Of a DNA stretch of 64,000 bases, positions 36,234 through 45,520 are shown in pieces. The position numbers and the translations under genes were made by a program. Below the pieces are notes generated by a model that saw nothing but the letters and a program-made list of their open reading frames with translations, did not search any database and was not told the origin of the DNA. The first letter of the stretch is position 1. Each line of letters begins with the position of its first letter. Location: positions 32,001 to 96,000 of the IMG/VR virus record IMGVR_UViG_3300037264_006630; one strand, given 5' to 3'. The stretch comes from a virus.

Positions 36234-37685
36234 TCAGGCCCGCGACTGGAAGAACGCGGGGTCGCGTCGGGCGAGGTCCATGCCGAGCGCGCCGAGCTTG
36301 GTGGCCATGTCGTGGTAGCCGCTCTCGAGGTGGTGCCCTCCCTCGTGCGCCATCTCGTGGATGAGCAGGTCGTCGACCTCGACGCAGGGGCCGTGCTGGA
36401 ACCATGTCGACCCGAGCTTGCTGCGGTTGAGGGTGAGCACCGGCACCTTGCCGCGCAGCCATGTCGCGGCGGACGAGAGGTTGGGGCCGTCGATGACACG
36501 GACCCGGATGTGGAGGTCGAGCAGGCGCGAGGCCAGCGCGGAGGCGTAGCCGACCGCGCGCTGGTAGTGCTCGGGCAGGTCGTCGAACGGGATGGTGGTG
36601 TAGTCGTCGCTGGGCTTGGGGCTGGGGAAGACCTGGCCGGCGGGCTTGGCGAGCTCGTGCGCCTTGATCTTCGCCCACGTCGCGCCGGCCTCGGCGCCGC
36701 CGCGGATGGTCGCGTAGCCGGCCGCCACCGCCTTGTGGTTGGCTTCGGGGTCGGAGGCGTCGAAGATGACGCGCTTGTCGCCGTACTTCGCGTCGAGGTA
36801 CTTGTCCACGGCCTCCGCGGTCACGGCATCGTGCTGCACCGCCTCCGCCACCCATGGCGCGGTGAAGTCCTTGGGCGACATCTCCTTGGCGACCTGGTTG
36901 AGGACCAGGGTCTGCACCTTGACCACGTAGGCCGGCGCCACCGCGTCGCGGTCGAGCCCCTGGGGCAGCTTCTGGCACACGTCGATCGTCCAGCCGCCGT
37001 CGATCTCCGTGACCGGGATGCCCAGCTCGCAGAGCCACGCTTGGCCCTCGGCCGTGTGGACGTTGACCGCGGTCGAGCGGTCGCGGCGCGTGAGCCGCCC
37101 GGCACCGTCGGTCACCTCGGTCTGGAGCCGGGCCTCGAAGAGATGACGCGGCTCGCGGTAGGGGACGACCAGGGCCGGTTCGTCGTCGATGCGGATCGTG
37201 AGGGTCACGTCCATGGGCACGAGCAGGATGGCGAGCCGGGCCTGGACGTCGCGCAGCTCGGCGCGGGTCATGGGCATGCGGCCCGTGAAGGCCGACCCGA
37301 CCTCGGTCTTCCGGGTGAGGCGCCTGCGGCCGTCCTTGTTGAAGCCGAATCCGCCCTTGGTGCTGATCACCGTGGCCTCTTCGCAGAGCGCCAGGACCAT
37401 CTTGCAGCCGGCGTTGAACCGGCCGCGCTTCTCGGGGTCGTCGCCGCGCAAGCTGGTGGCGAACAGGGTGTGGATGTCCGACAGCCGCTGGAAGCCCTGC
37501 GGGTCGTCGTCCGTGACAGTGAGCCAGACCTGGGGCACGCCGGTGATCGCGGTGATCTCCACCGAGACGTTCTGGGCCTTGGTGTCGAGCGCGTTCTGGA
37601 TGAGCTCGTAGAGCGCCCACGCGCGCCCGCGGCGCTCGAGCAGGCGGGCCAGTCCTTCGCGGTCGGTGTCGAACCAGTCGTTCAT
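36234..37685 (-). CDS. GHKL (HATPase_c) ATPase fused to a C-terminal HExxH metallopeptidase-like motif
   Basis: ELIQNALD, VTDDDPQG, RGRFNAGCK; LLIHEMAH. Confidence 0.8.
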   Translation of the reverse strand: MNDWFDTDREGLARLLERRGRAWALYELIQNALDTKAQNVSVEITAITGVPQVWLTVTDDDPQGFQRLSDIHTLFATSLRGDDPEKRGRFNAGCKMVLALCEEATVISTKGGFGFNKDGRRRLTRKTEVGSAFTGRMPMTRAELRDVQARLAILLVPMDVTLTIRIDDEPALVVPYREPRHLFEARLQTEVTDGAGRLTRRDRSTAVNVHTAEGQAWLCELGIPVTEIDGGWTIDVCQKLPQGLDRDAVAPAYVVKVQTLVLNQVAKEMSPKDFTAPWVAEAVQHDAVTAEAVDKYLDAKYGDKRVIFDASDPEANHKAVAAGYATIRGGAEAGATWAKIKAHELAKPAGQVFPSPKPSDDYTTIPFDDLPEHYQRAVGYASALASRLLDLHIRVRVIDGPNLSSAATWLRGKVPVLTLNRSKLGSTWFQHGPCVEVDDLLIHEMAHEGGHHLESGYHDMATKLGALGMDLARRDPAFFQSRA

Positions 37686-37711
37686 TGGCGTCTCGTTTCG
37701 TGGGGGTGGGG

Positions 37712-38011
37712 TCAGTGGTACATGCCGAGGACGGCGATGACCGCGAGGAGTTGATGTTGCAGGCACGCGTCATCGCGGTCGAAGTCGGCTCGCAACTGCA
37801 CGGCGATGGCTTCGGTGGCGCAGGGGACGAGCACCTCGTACTCATTGACGATGATCTCGCTGGTGTCGTAGCGGCGGGAGTAGGGATGGACGCAGGCTGC
37901 CAGCGCGTGCGCCGCCTGCATGTTGCCGATGCGCTTGCTGCCCGTGATGCGGACCGCGACACGATGGCCGGCCCCCTCGCGACGATCGATCGTGGTCTGG
38001 ATGAAGATCAT
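37712..38011 (-). CDS. hypothetical protein
   Basis: ATGA coupling. Confidence 0.55.
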   Translation of the reverse strand: MIFIQTTIDRREGAGHRVAVRITGSKRIGNMQAAHALAACVHPYSRRYDTSEIIVNEYEVLVPCATEAIAVQLRADFDRDDACLQHQLLAVIAVLGMYH

Positions 38012-38313
38012 GGCGGGTACGCTCCGAGGACGGTGAGGAGCGCGCCGAGGGTGGCGACGTGCTTGGTGGTGTCGGCGTTGAAGCGGTCGACGAACTCGTG
38101 GGCGCCGCCCATCGTCGTCTGCATCGAGTAGAGCAGGACCGCGACTCGACCGATCTCCACGATGACGTTCGACGAGAACCGGCGCAGGTCGTCGAAGACG
38201 ATCGTCGCGACCAGATGCGCAGCGATCCCCGGGACTCCGGTGCCGGCGATGTCGAGACAGATGGCCGAGTGCCCGTAGTCCCCGTGGTTGATGGAGGCGC
38301 GGATGGTGATCAC
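38008..38313 (-). CDS. hypothetical protein
   Basis: GTGA coupling. Confidence 0.55.
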   Translation of the reverse strand: MITIRASINHGDYGHSAICLDIAGTGVPGIAAHLVATIVFDDLRRFSSNVIVEIGRVAVLLYSMQTTMGGAHEFVDRFNADTTKHVATLGALLTVLGAYPP

Positions 38314-38471
38314 CGCGGCCCCCGCAGCCTCTCGCGCACGAGCAGCACCAGCGCGGGCGTGCAGGCGGCGAGCGCGAAGACCAGCGGCCAGCCGTCGATC
38401 TCGCGGGACAGTCCGACCGGCAACAGGGCCAGCGGCACGACCGCGAGCACGAGCCAGCGCCGACGCGGCAT
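38310..38471 (-). CDS. small two-helix membrane protein
   Basis: MPRRRWLVLAVVPLALLPV...WPLVFALAACTPALVLLV; coupled on both sides. Confidence 0.55.
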   Translation of the reverse strand: MPRRRWLVLAVVPLALLPVGLSREIDGWPLVFALAACTPALVLLVRERLRGPR

Positions 38472-39067
38472 CACGAGCTACCTCCGCTGGTGACACGCTG
38501 CCAGTCCTCGATGGGCACCAGGATCCCCTGGAAATGGGGCGTGTGGTTCCAGGGGGAGTCGCGAAGTTGCTCCCAGGCGGTGGCCGTCTTCGTCCACAGC
38601 AGGGGGTGGCTCTTCGGGTCGATGAGCGCCGTCCGGTAGGTGCGGCCTCGATCGCCCGTGTACTCGACCCCCATGGAGCCGCTCCCGAAGAGCGGGTGGT
38701 TGAGGAGCTGATGGAGTGCGCCGGAGATCCGGGCGACTGCCCCATGGGGCTGCGTCTGGTTGCACGCGTAGGCGGCGATGACCAGGGCTTGAACCAGGAG
38801 CGCCGGCTGGAGCCCGTCGATGGCGTCCTGGAGATCGCGCGCGGCGCGGTGCGAATCGCACTCGATGAGCAGGTCGCCGCCGCCGTTGACCCGACGCGGG
38901 AAGCGCTTCGGGAAGCCGTTGCCGTCCTGGGCGTCCATGGCCGGCGCGATCGCGGCGACGATGAAGGCGGCGAGTTGCGTGGAGGCGACGTGATCGAAGC
39001 CCTCGCTGATGACCACTACCTGCGGCACGTCCTGGTGCGTGCAGGCGTAGACCCGCTGCGGCTTCAC
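38471..39067 (-). CDS. hypothetical protein
   Basis: GTGA coupling. Confidence 0.55.
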   Translation of the reverse strand: MKPQRVYACTHQDVPQVVVISEGFDHVASTQLAAFIVAAIAPAMDAQDGNGFPKRFPRRVNGGGDLLIECDSHRAARDLQDAIDGLQPALLVQALVIAAYACNQTQPHGAVARISGALHQLLNHPLFGSGSMGVEYTGDRGRTYRTALIDPKSHPLLWTKTATAWEQLRDSPWNHTPHFQGILVPIEDWQRVTSGGSS

Positions 39068-39369
39068 GACGCGCACCCGAGGACTGCGAGGGCGGCGCGC
39101 ACGTAGTCGGCGAACGACGGGATGGCGTTGATGACGGCGGCGATCTCCTTGGCGTGCTCGTGGCTCTTGCACTTGATGAGCACGTTCTTGGTGTCGGCCG
39201 GAATGACTGGCTCCTCCACGCCGCTGAGGTGATGTACGGTGCGCCAGACGCCGGCGGCGACGGCGTGGGCGGCGACGGCGCGCGGAACGCCGATCCCGAC
39301 CAGGTTGTCGTGGGTGATGAACACGCCGCTGCCGAGCGCGATGGCTTCGATGCGGGGGCGCGTCGTCAC
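39064..39369 (-). CDS. hypothetical protein
   Basis: ORF track; coupled to the micro-ORF. Confidence 0.55.
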   Translation of the reverse strand: MTTRPRIEAIALGSGVFITHDNLVGIGVPRAVAAHAVAAGVWRTVHHLSGVEEPVIPADTKNVLIKCKSHEHAKEIAAVINAIPSFADYVRAALAVLGCAS

Positions 39370-39398
39370 GGGGACGCCTCGGGCTGCGTTGGTTTCAT
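39366..39398 (-). CDS. 10-aa leaderless micro-ORF MKPTQPEASP
   Basis: ATG at class A promoter; its TGA overlaps the GTG of the next gene. Confidence 0.55.
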   Translation of the reverse strand: MKPTQPEASP

Positions 39399-39434
39399 GC
39401 GCTTCATCGTACGCACGAAGCCGTGCGAGGTCAA
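39396..39434 (-). promoter_or_regulatory. class A leaderless promoter
   Basis: TTGACC-17-TACGAT-7nt-ATGAA, with TTCGTGCG. Confidence 0.75.
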
Positions 39435-39459
39435 GAGGTTTACTCAGGCTTCCCGGCGA

Positions 39460-39636
39460 TCAGGTGAGGTAGCCGCCGCGGAAGTCGACGGGGGCGCCCT
39501 CGGGGTCGATGCGCTCGGCGCGCCGGCGCAGGCGGGTGACAGCGTGCTTGGCGGTGCGGCGGCGACGCGCGGCCTTCTTCGAGGTGCGGGCGATGAGACG
39601 GGTGGCAGCGGCGATGGACTCGGGCTTGAGGGCCAT
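39460..39636 (-). CDS. small basic protein
   Basis: GAGGA SD. Confidence 0.55.
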   Translation of the reverse strand: MALKPESIAAATRLIARTSKKAARRRRTAKHAVTRLRRRAERIDPEGAPVDFRGGYLT

Positions 39637-39662
39637 GGCGTTTCCTCGGGTGCGACGGGTGG

Positions 39663-39956
39663 TCAGCGGGGGACGGTGTGGCTGGCGATGAAGTCGCTGG
39701 CGATGATGCGGAGGGCCTCGTCCACCAGTGCGGCGATGTTGGTGCAGATCCACCGCTGGCCGAAGTCGATGTAGATGCCGTTCTTGAGGTCGGCCTCCAT
39801 CAAGGTCTTGAGGCACCACGACCCTGCGGTATCGTCGATCTTGAGCCCCGGGCCGCCGCCGAATCGGTCAGCGGTGATCTGGGCGGTGTGCTCGTACTTG
39901 CCGCGGGTGTCCGCGCAGTGGGCGACGGTGGTGAGCTTGAAGGGGAGGGTCAGCAT
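39663..39956 (-). CDS. hypothetical protein (in-frame upstream ATG at 40133)
   Basis: ORF track. Confidence 0.55.
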   Translation of the reverse strand: MLTLPFKLTTVAHCADTRGKYEHTAQITADRFGGGPGLKIDDTAGSWCLKTLMEADLKNGIYIDFGQRWICTNIAALVDEALRIIASDFIASHTVPR

Positions 39957-40146
39957 GGTCGTCGTCCTGGGTGCGGGGTCGTGGCCGGGTCGCGGGGCGG
40001 TATCTTTCCTCGGTCCGTCGGGGGCGACCCTGTGCAGAGCACCTGGGCGGTGATGCGGGATCCTCGTTCCCCCGACGGCCGCTCGACAGAGCCTCTGGGC
40101 GAGGATGCCGAGTACCGCCCGCCGCCCGTCCATGTCCGAGTGATAG

Positions 40147-40162
40147 AGCACGTCGCGTGCCG
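40147..40162 (-). promoter_or_regulatory. sigma54-type -24/-12 promoter
   Basis: CGGCAC-GCGAC-GTGCT; ATG 14 nt after the -12 C; palindrome and paired upstream sites present. Confidence 0.65.
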
Positions 40163-40214
40163 ATTCGTGCGCTCGTCGAAGTGTGCGAACCGGCTAGGAC
40201 GGCCACGGTCCGGA

Positions 40215-40313
40215 GTGTCGCTGGCGACGACAAAATCGGTGGCCCCGAGACGGTGGCGGCTCGATTGTCGTTCGATGCCGGATGGTTAGCCTCGGTGTCG
40301 CCGCCGACGACAG
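40215..40313. promoter_or_regulatory. pair of 19-bp GTGTCR-N5-GACGAC sites (40215-40233, 40295-40313)
   Basis: GTGTCGCTGGCGACGACAA and GTGTCGCCGCCGACGACAG. Confidence 0.7.
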
Positions 40314-40331
40314 TGCGACGGGTTGGCGCGG

Positions 40332-43300
40332 TCAGGCCGCCAGGACTTCGTGCGCCAACTCCAAGAGGAAGTTGCCCCCGCCCGCATCGAACTGCGCCAA
40401 GCCGCCAGCCTCGTCGCCGTCGACCAGCTCGGCCGCTCGCATCTTCCGGGCGATCAGGTCGGTCGCTGTCGCCTGCATCGTGCCGGCGTAGGCCAGGAAC
40501 ACGACCCGCACGGGCTTGATCTGCCCGAGCCGCCAACTCCGGCGGATCGACTGGCGCAGCGTGTTGATGCTGTACTCGATCCCGTACTGGACGATCGTGT
40601 TGGCGAACATCAGGTCCAGTCCCGTCTCGACCAACCTCCCGTTGGTGAACATCACATCGAAGCCGTCCTCGCAGCGATCGCGCATCCACTGCTCCCGCTT
40701 CTCGGGATCGACGCTCGAGTCGAGTTGGACGACACGCAGGCCAGAGGCTTCGAGCGCGGCACGGACGCGGGGACGGGCATCGCGGCGCTGGGTCTGGGTG
40801 AAGAACACCAGCACCTTGCGACCCTTGGCGTGCTCCTCGCGCACCAGCGCGATCAGCTCATCGTCCTTGGGGTAGGAGTCCGGCTCGATTGCCGGGGCCG
40901 ACGCCAGGAGGTCGCCGCGCTCACCGTCGTCGTCGGTGTCGTAGATCTCCTCGCTCTGGTCCGGGCGATCGGGGTAGCCGAGGCACGCCTGGAGGTAGGC
41001 GCCGAGCGCCTTGGGGTGCTTGCGGATCAGCTTCTTCAACTTGCCCTGGAGGTCGGCAACCGCCGCGAGGACGGCCGGGTCCGGCTGCACCAAGCGCACT
41101 TCCTCGGTGTAGTCGGGCAGCTCGAGCCGCAGGTCCCGGAGCTTGACGAACACCGTGAAGGGCAAGAGCAGCGGGATCATGGCCGGCGACATGCCTGGGA
41201 TCTCGCGGATGCGCCCGCCGGTGGTGCCCTTCCGGTAGCCGTACGTGCTGGTGCGCTCCTCCTCCTTGTAGACCGTCTCGAAGAGGCCGTGATGCTCGAC
41301 GAAGGTCGCGCAGTCGGTGTGCTTGTACGTGCGGCGGAACGTCGGGGAGAGGCGGAAGAGCAGGTGGAAGATTGAGGACGCCCGGCCGCCGTAGAGCGTG
41401 CCGGTCATGACCAGCACCTTCCGCGCGCTCGAGATCAGTTGGTGGACGGCGCGCGCCTGGTCGGTCTCCCCCTTCGCGTGCTGGTGCGCTTCGTCGACCA
41501 CCAGCACGTAGCGGCGCGCGTAGTGGTCGTGGATGTAGGCCGCCAGCGGCCAGCGCTTGGTGCCCTTGTTCGTGATCGGCACGACCTGCCAGAGCGGGCT
41601 GCGGCACTCGCTGCACTTCGCCTGGACCTTCCGGTCGATGACCTTCACCTCGGCGCCGCATGCCGGGCAGGCGGCGAAGCTTCGGCGCTCCGTGACCATC
41701 TCCGTGCTGGTCTTGTACGGCCACTCGGTCGATCGGGTGGACACCTCGCGCTCGACGATCTCGCTACCCCGGGTCCAGGCCGACTCCCAGCGGCACCCGA
41801 GCTTGGCGACCTCCTTGCTCAAGACCAAGTAGGTGGCCGTCGGGGAGGCAAAGAACGCATCCACGTCCGCCAACTTCCGGGCGATCATCGCGACGCCGCG
41901 CCGGCCAGTGATGGCCGTGATCTCGCGGACCCACTTGCGGGTGAGATGGGTCGGGCAGACGACCACGACCTTCCGCGCGTGCGCCAACTCGGTGGCGACG
42001 GTGGCCACGCTCGTCTTGCCGCACCCCATTTCGCCGCACAGGATCACCTCCTTGTGCCTGCGCCAGCGGTGAACCACGGCCGCCGCCGCCTCGCGCTGGA
42101 TCGGGAGGATCTCTGGCTCGTCCCGGCCGGGCAGGATTCCAGGCGCGGACAGGCCAGTGAAGTCGTAGGCGTCGAGGTCGCTCGGCTTGAACTGCGGGAC
42201 GTGCGCAGCGAGGATGCCGGCCGCCAACTCGTCGCCGTGCTGCGCGAACCAAGCGCTGGTCTTGGGCTGGTCGTCCTCGACTTGCCACGAATCGAGCACG
42301 CCGGTCTTGAGGTCGAGCACCGAGAGGTACGAGGCGATGCGCTCGCGCACGGTCCGCTCGCCCTCGCCCTGGATCTCGACGGTGGTCTTCACGCTCCCGC
42401 CCTTCACGAGCAACCCCCGAGGGATCGGAGCCACCGGATCGCCGCCGCAGGTGGCGGCGCAACCGCCGGACATGTCGGTGAGCTCGAGCCCGTTCAGGGC
42501 GCCGGCCGCCAGGAGCATCGCTTGGTGACCAGGCCGCGGCGCGAGTAGCGGCGCCAGCTCGTGCGCGGCACCCTCGCCGGTGTGGGCGATCCACTGCTGC
42601 GACAGCCACGCGCCTTCATCGTCGGCGGGCGCGTAGCTCTCAGGCGCGCGGCCGATCAGATCGACCTTCGCGGCGATGACCGGGACGCGGATCGGATAGG
42701 GCTCGGCGTCGACCAGCGAGGGCAGACCGTCGGGGTCGTCGAAGCACTCCACGTTGCCGTAGCCGTAGGTCGAGTTGGTGCGCTGCGCGAAGACCACGAC
42801 TTGATCGAAGGCGGTGACCTCGGGGGCCGGGAAGGCGTAGGCACGGATCGACGAGTAGTGGTTCCGCATGAAGGTGCGGAAGGACTCGATGCGCAGGAGC
42901 TTCCGCGGCACGATGTAGATCAGCAAACCGTAGGGGGCGAGGAAGCGAGTCGTCGCGCGCAGGAATTCGATCTCCTGGCGCATGTTGGCGCCCGTCTCGT
43001 CGGTGCCCTCGTCGTACGGTGGGTTGAGGAACAGGATCCCGAACGGCCGCGCCGCCCGGTCCGGCTCGTGCGTGTCGGGGTTGAGCGCTTTGCCCTTGCC
43101 GTCGAGCACGGCGAGCTGGTGGTAGGAGCCGTGCCGCACCCAGATCATCACGCGAGCAGCCATCGCCGCCCGCTCCTGGTGCAGCTCGATGCCGTACGTG
43201 ACAGCGCCCCACAACTTGCCCAGCGCCGCGGCGGCGTACCCCTCGCCAGCGCAGGGATCGAGGAGCGCAGTGCCGGCCGATTCCGGGTCGAGCCGAACGA

Positions 43301-43376
43301 TGCGCCCGATCATCTGGGTCGGGCGGTCCGGGGTCGGGTAGTAGAGCGCCTTGGCGACGGCTTCGAGGCGCGCCAT
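40332..43376 (-). CDS. DUF6094-type N6-adenine methyltransferase fused to an SNF2-like SF2 helicase (DarB-like architecture)
   Basis: YYPTP, LLDPCAGEG, GIEL, FLNPPY; GEMGCGKT, VVDEAH, TGTLYGG, VETGLDL, RQSIRRSWRLGQ. Confidence 0.88.
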   Translation of the reverse strand: MARLEAVAKALYYPTPDRPTQMIGRIVRLDPESAGTALLDPCAGEGYAAAALGKLWGAVTYGIELHQERAAMAARVMIWVRHGSYHQLAVLDGKGKALNPDTHEPDRAARPFGILFLNPPYDEGTDETGANMRQEIEFLRATTRFLAPYGLLIYIVPRKLLRIESFRTFMRNHYSSIRAYAFPAPEVTAFDQVVVFAQRTNSTYGYGNVECFDDPDGLPSLVDAEPYPIRVPVIAAKVDLIGRAPESYAPADDEGAWLSQQWIAHTGEGAAHELAPLLAPRPGHQAMLLAAGALNGLELTDMSGGCAATCGGDPVAPIPRGLLVKGGSVKTTVEIQGEGERTVRERIASYLSVLDLKTGVLDSWQVEDDQPKTSAWFAQHGDELAAGILAAHVPQFKPSDLDAYDFTGLSAPGILPGRDEPEILPIQREAAAAVVHRWRRHKEVILCGEMGCGKTSVATVATELAHARKVVVVCPTHLTRKWVREITAITGRRGVAMIARKLADVDAFFASPTATYLVLSKEVAKLGCRWESAWTRGSEIVEREVSTRSTEWPYKTSTEMVTERRSFAACPACGAEVKVIDRKVQAKCSECRSPLWQVVPITNKGTKRWPLAAYIHDHYARRYVLVVDEAHQHAKGETDQARAVHQLISSARKVLVMTGTLYGGRASSIFHLLFRLSPTFRRTYKHTDCATFVEHHGLFETVYKEEERTSTYGYRKGTTGGRIREIPGMSPAMIPLLLPFTVFVKLRDLRLELPDYTEEVRLVQPDPAVLAAVADLQGKLKKLIRKHPKALGAYLQACLGYPDRPDQSEEIYDTDDDGERGDLLASAPAIEPDSYPKDDELIALVREEHAKGRKVLVFFTQTQRRDARPRVRAALEASGLRVVQLDSSVDPEKREQWMRDRCEDGFDVMFTNGRLVETGLDLMFANTIVQYGIEYSINTLRQSIRRSWRLGQIKPVRVVFLAYAGTMQATATDLIARKMRAAELVDGDEAGGLAQFDAGGGNFLLELAHEVLAA

Positions 43377-43919
43377 CTAGCGAAGCTCCCCGGCGACCAG
43401 GGCATCGCGGACGATCGGCTCCCAGACCTCGCGCTTGGTCGCCACATGCCAGACCTCGCGCCCGTGGCCGGTGACCTCGGTGATGGCGCCGCGCGCGCGG
43501 CCGATGTCCCAGAGCGGCTCACGCCACGCCGCGCGCAGCGGAACCGGGCACCAGCGCGCCAGCCGGTCGAAGTAGCGGCGCTCGGCGTCCGGCCCGGTCT
43601 GGTAGACGTACCCCAGGTCCGGCGCGTTGTGGCCGAGCTGCTGGTGGAAGATCACGCAGTGCAGAAGCCCGCGCTCGAGGGGGGGGTTCACGGTGGTGTA
43701 GGACGCCCGCTCGGACTTCGCGATGTAGGTGTCGCCGACCTGGATCGACTCCCGGCGCCCGCGCCGGCCGACCACCGACAGGGTGGCCCATGCTGCACGC
43801 ACCGCGTTGCGGGGGCCGAACATGGAGATCAGCACCAACTCGGACCGGTAGCCGTTGCCGGTCACGCGCAGCGCGTCGGCATGGCAGGTGAGCGCGCCTT
43901 TGATTGCGAGGAGGATCAT
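43377..43919 (-). CDS. conserved partner protein upstream of the methyltransferase-helicase
   Basis: stop abuts the helicase ATG; LVLISMFGPRNAVRAAWATL; RWCPVPLRAAWREPLW. Confidence 0.6.
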   Translation of the reverse strand: MILLAIKGALTCHADALRVTGNGYRSELVLISMFGPRNAVRAAWATLSVVGRRGRRESIQVGDTYIAKSERASYTTVNPPLERGLLHCVIFHQQLGHNAPDLGYVYQTGPDAERRYFDRLARWCPVPLRAAWREPLWDIGRARGAITEVTGHGREVWHVATKREVWEPIVRDALVAGELR

Positions 43920-43957
43920 GGGTAGTCCAGGTATCACGTTGTCGGTGGAGCCCCGCC

Positions 43958-44203
43958 TCAGATGGCGCGGCGAACGAAGCGGATGTCCCGGGCGATCACG
44001 TCGCCGATGCGGTAGACGCCGTGCTGCACCGCAGCCAGGCCAGCGACGCTCATCACCACGGTCCCGTCCGCGATCGACTTCACCCGAGCGGTCACGTCCC
44101 GGCCCGCGTAGTCCTCGAAGACGCACAGACAGCCGGGCTCGAGGTCGGGCGCGATGGTCAGGTGGGCAGCGAGCTCGGGGGCCAGGATCGTCGCGTCGGG
44201 CAT
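43958..44203 (-). CDS. hypothetical protein
   Basis: ATG 13 nt after a sigma54 box. Confidence 0.6.
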   Translation of the reverse strand: MPDATILAPELAAHLTIAPDLEPGCLCVFEDYAGRDVTARVKSIADGTVVMSVAGLAAVQHGVYRIGDVIARDIRFVRRAI

Positions 44204-44215
44204 GTCAGGGTGTAC

Positions 44216-44231
44216 TGCACGCGCGGTGCCA
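44216..44231 (-). promoter_or_regulatory. sigma54-type -24/-12 promoter
   Basis: TGGCAC-CGCGC-GTGCA. Confidence 0.75.
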
Positions 44232-44284
44232 CTTCGTGCGCGCGTGCAAGTGTACGAAAGCCCCACGCACGGGCCCCCGTGGGG

Positions 44285-44395
44285 GTGTCATCACGGACGA
44301 CACTCGCGCGATCCGGCTGGAAATCAGCCGCGAGAATACGCAACAAGTGAAGCATCCACGCGATGTTGCCACCAGGGCGTCGTCGCCACCGACAC
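44285..44395. promoter_or_regulatory. pair of 19-bp GTGTCR-N5-GACGAC sites (44285-44303 on +, 44377-44395 on -)
   Basis: GTGTCATCACGGACGACAC and GTGTCGGTGGCGACGACGC, between divergent sigma54 promoters. Confidence 0.7.
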
Positions 44396-44526
44396 CGCGT
44401 GACAGGCGGTCACGGCGTCTCCTAACCACGCGGATTGTGGCGGCGGTCGGGCGCTGGTTTCGAGGCCGATCGGCGGCGGCGCGACGAGGTTACGCGCGCT
44501 TATACGGGAGCGCAAACGCCGTGACT

Positions 44527-44542
44527 TGGCCCGCCGACTGCA
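44527..44542 (+). promoter_or_regulatory. sigma54-type -24/-12 promoter
   Basis: TGGCCC-GCCGA-CTGCA; ATG 13 nt later. Confidence 0.75.
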
Positions 44543-44554
44543 ATACAACTCGGC

Positions 44555-44824
44555 ATGACCACGACGCCGAACGAGGCCGCGCCGCCCACCTTCTTCATCG
44601 TCACCGAGGACGGCAACGTCGATGCGCCGGACGTCGACTCCTTCCTCATGGCGGCGAAGATCCTCGGCCACGAGCCCACCGGCGCCCTGCGCCAGCGCGG
44701 CTCGATCCCGCTCCGGCCGGTGCTGCTCGGCCAGCCAACGTTCAAGACCCTCGCCGGCCCCATGTTCGACGGTGGCCGCATCCGCTACGAGACGATCAAG
44801 ATGAACGAGCGCCTCGCGACCTGA
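44555..44824 (+). CDS. hypothetical protein
   Basis: ORF track; leaderless start. Confidence 0.65.
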   Translation: MTTTPNEAAPPTFFIVTEDGNVDAPDVDSFLMAAKILGHEPTGALRQRGSIPLRPVLLGQPTFKTLAGPMFDGGRIRYETIKMNERLAT

Positions 44825-44834
44825 GCCCCACCCC

Positions 44835-45203
44835 ATGAGCAACCCCGACCCCGACCGCCTCGCGCTCACCTTCATGCTGGGCGCGGCGACGCGCGCAGGC
44901 GACTACCAGTTGGTGTCCGACGTGGCCCGTGCGCTCCTCGGCAACCCCGAGCTACGCGCCGCTTGCCTCGCCAGGAACGCCGCCAACGTGGTCAGGGTGC
45001 GTGCCCTGATGGCTCTCCGCTTCGAGCCCTGCGACGCCGCCTGCCCCGGCTGGGCCCTCATGAACGAGACCACGCACCCCGAGATCCAGCGCTGTGCCGC
45101 CTGCTTCTATGGCGTCAAGGGACCAACCGACGATGACGTGGGCGCGCTGCCCGAGGCGCAAGCGGCGCTGGCGCAGTACCAGCACAACGACAGCGAGGAC
45201 TGA
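44835..45203 (+). CDS. hypothetical protein
   Basis: ORF track. Confidence 0.6.
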   Translation: MSNPDPDRLALTFMLGAATRAGDYQLVSDVARALLGNPELRAACLARNAANVVRVRALMALRFEPCDAACPGWALMNETTHPEIQRCAACFYGVKGPTDDDVGALPEAQAALAQYQHNDSED

Positions 45204-45205
45204 CC

Positions 45206-45454
45206 ATGAACGCCAAGCTCCTGACCGTCGCAGACGTAGCCGCCTACGTGGTCGAACGGCCCTTCATCCCCAACCAGATCGCCGTCCTGATCCAAGACGG
45301 CAAGGCGCCGATCGACATCATCACCTGGCTGCGCGCCGGCATCCGGGCGGCCGGCGACACGGTCAACCCGATCGCCCTGCTCCACTGGCTGGAGCGCACC
45401 TTCCCGCAGGCGTGGCCGCCGTGCCTGCCGGCCACCGAGTTCACCGAGATCTGA
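45206..45454 (+). CDS. hypothetical protein
   Basis: ORF track. Confidence 0.6.
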   Translation: MNAKLLTVADVAAYVVERPFIPNQIAVLIQDGKAPIDIITWLRAGIRAAGDTVNPIALLHWLERTFPQAWPPCLPATEFTEI

Positions 45455-45492
45455 GCCGCCACCGTCTCGCGCGCTCCATCGAGTGTGTGAAC

Positions 45493-45508
45493 TGGCACCC
45501 GAAGTGCA
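45493..45508 (+). promoter_or_regulatory. sigma54-type -24/-12 promoter
   Basis: TGGCAC-CCGAA-GTGCA; ATG 13 nt later. Confidence 0.75.
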
Positions 45509-45520
45509 ATGCATCCGACC

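Noticed and set aside
35620-37962. 780-aa minus-strand ORF and other long Arg/Gly/Pro-rich ORFs (e.g. 60681-62576, 56674-58095, 31840-33048 full length)
   Set aside because: Shadow frames of GC-rich genes with clear motifs in another frame; no domain signatures
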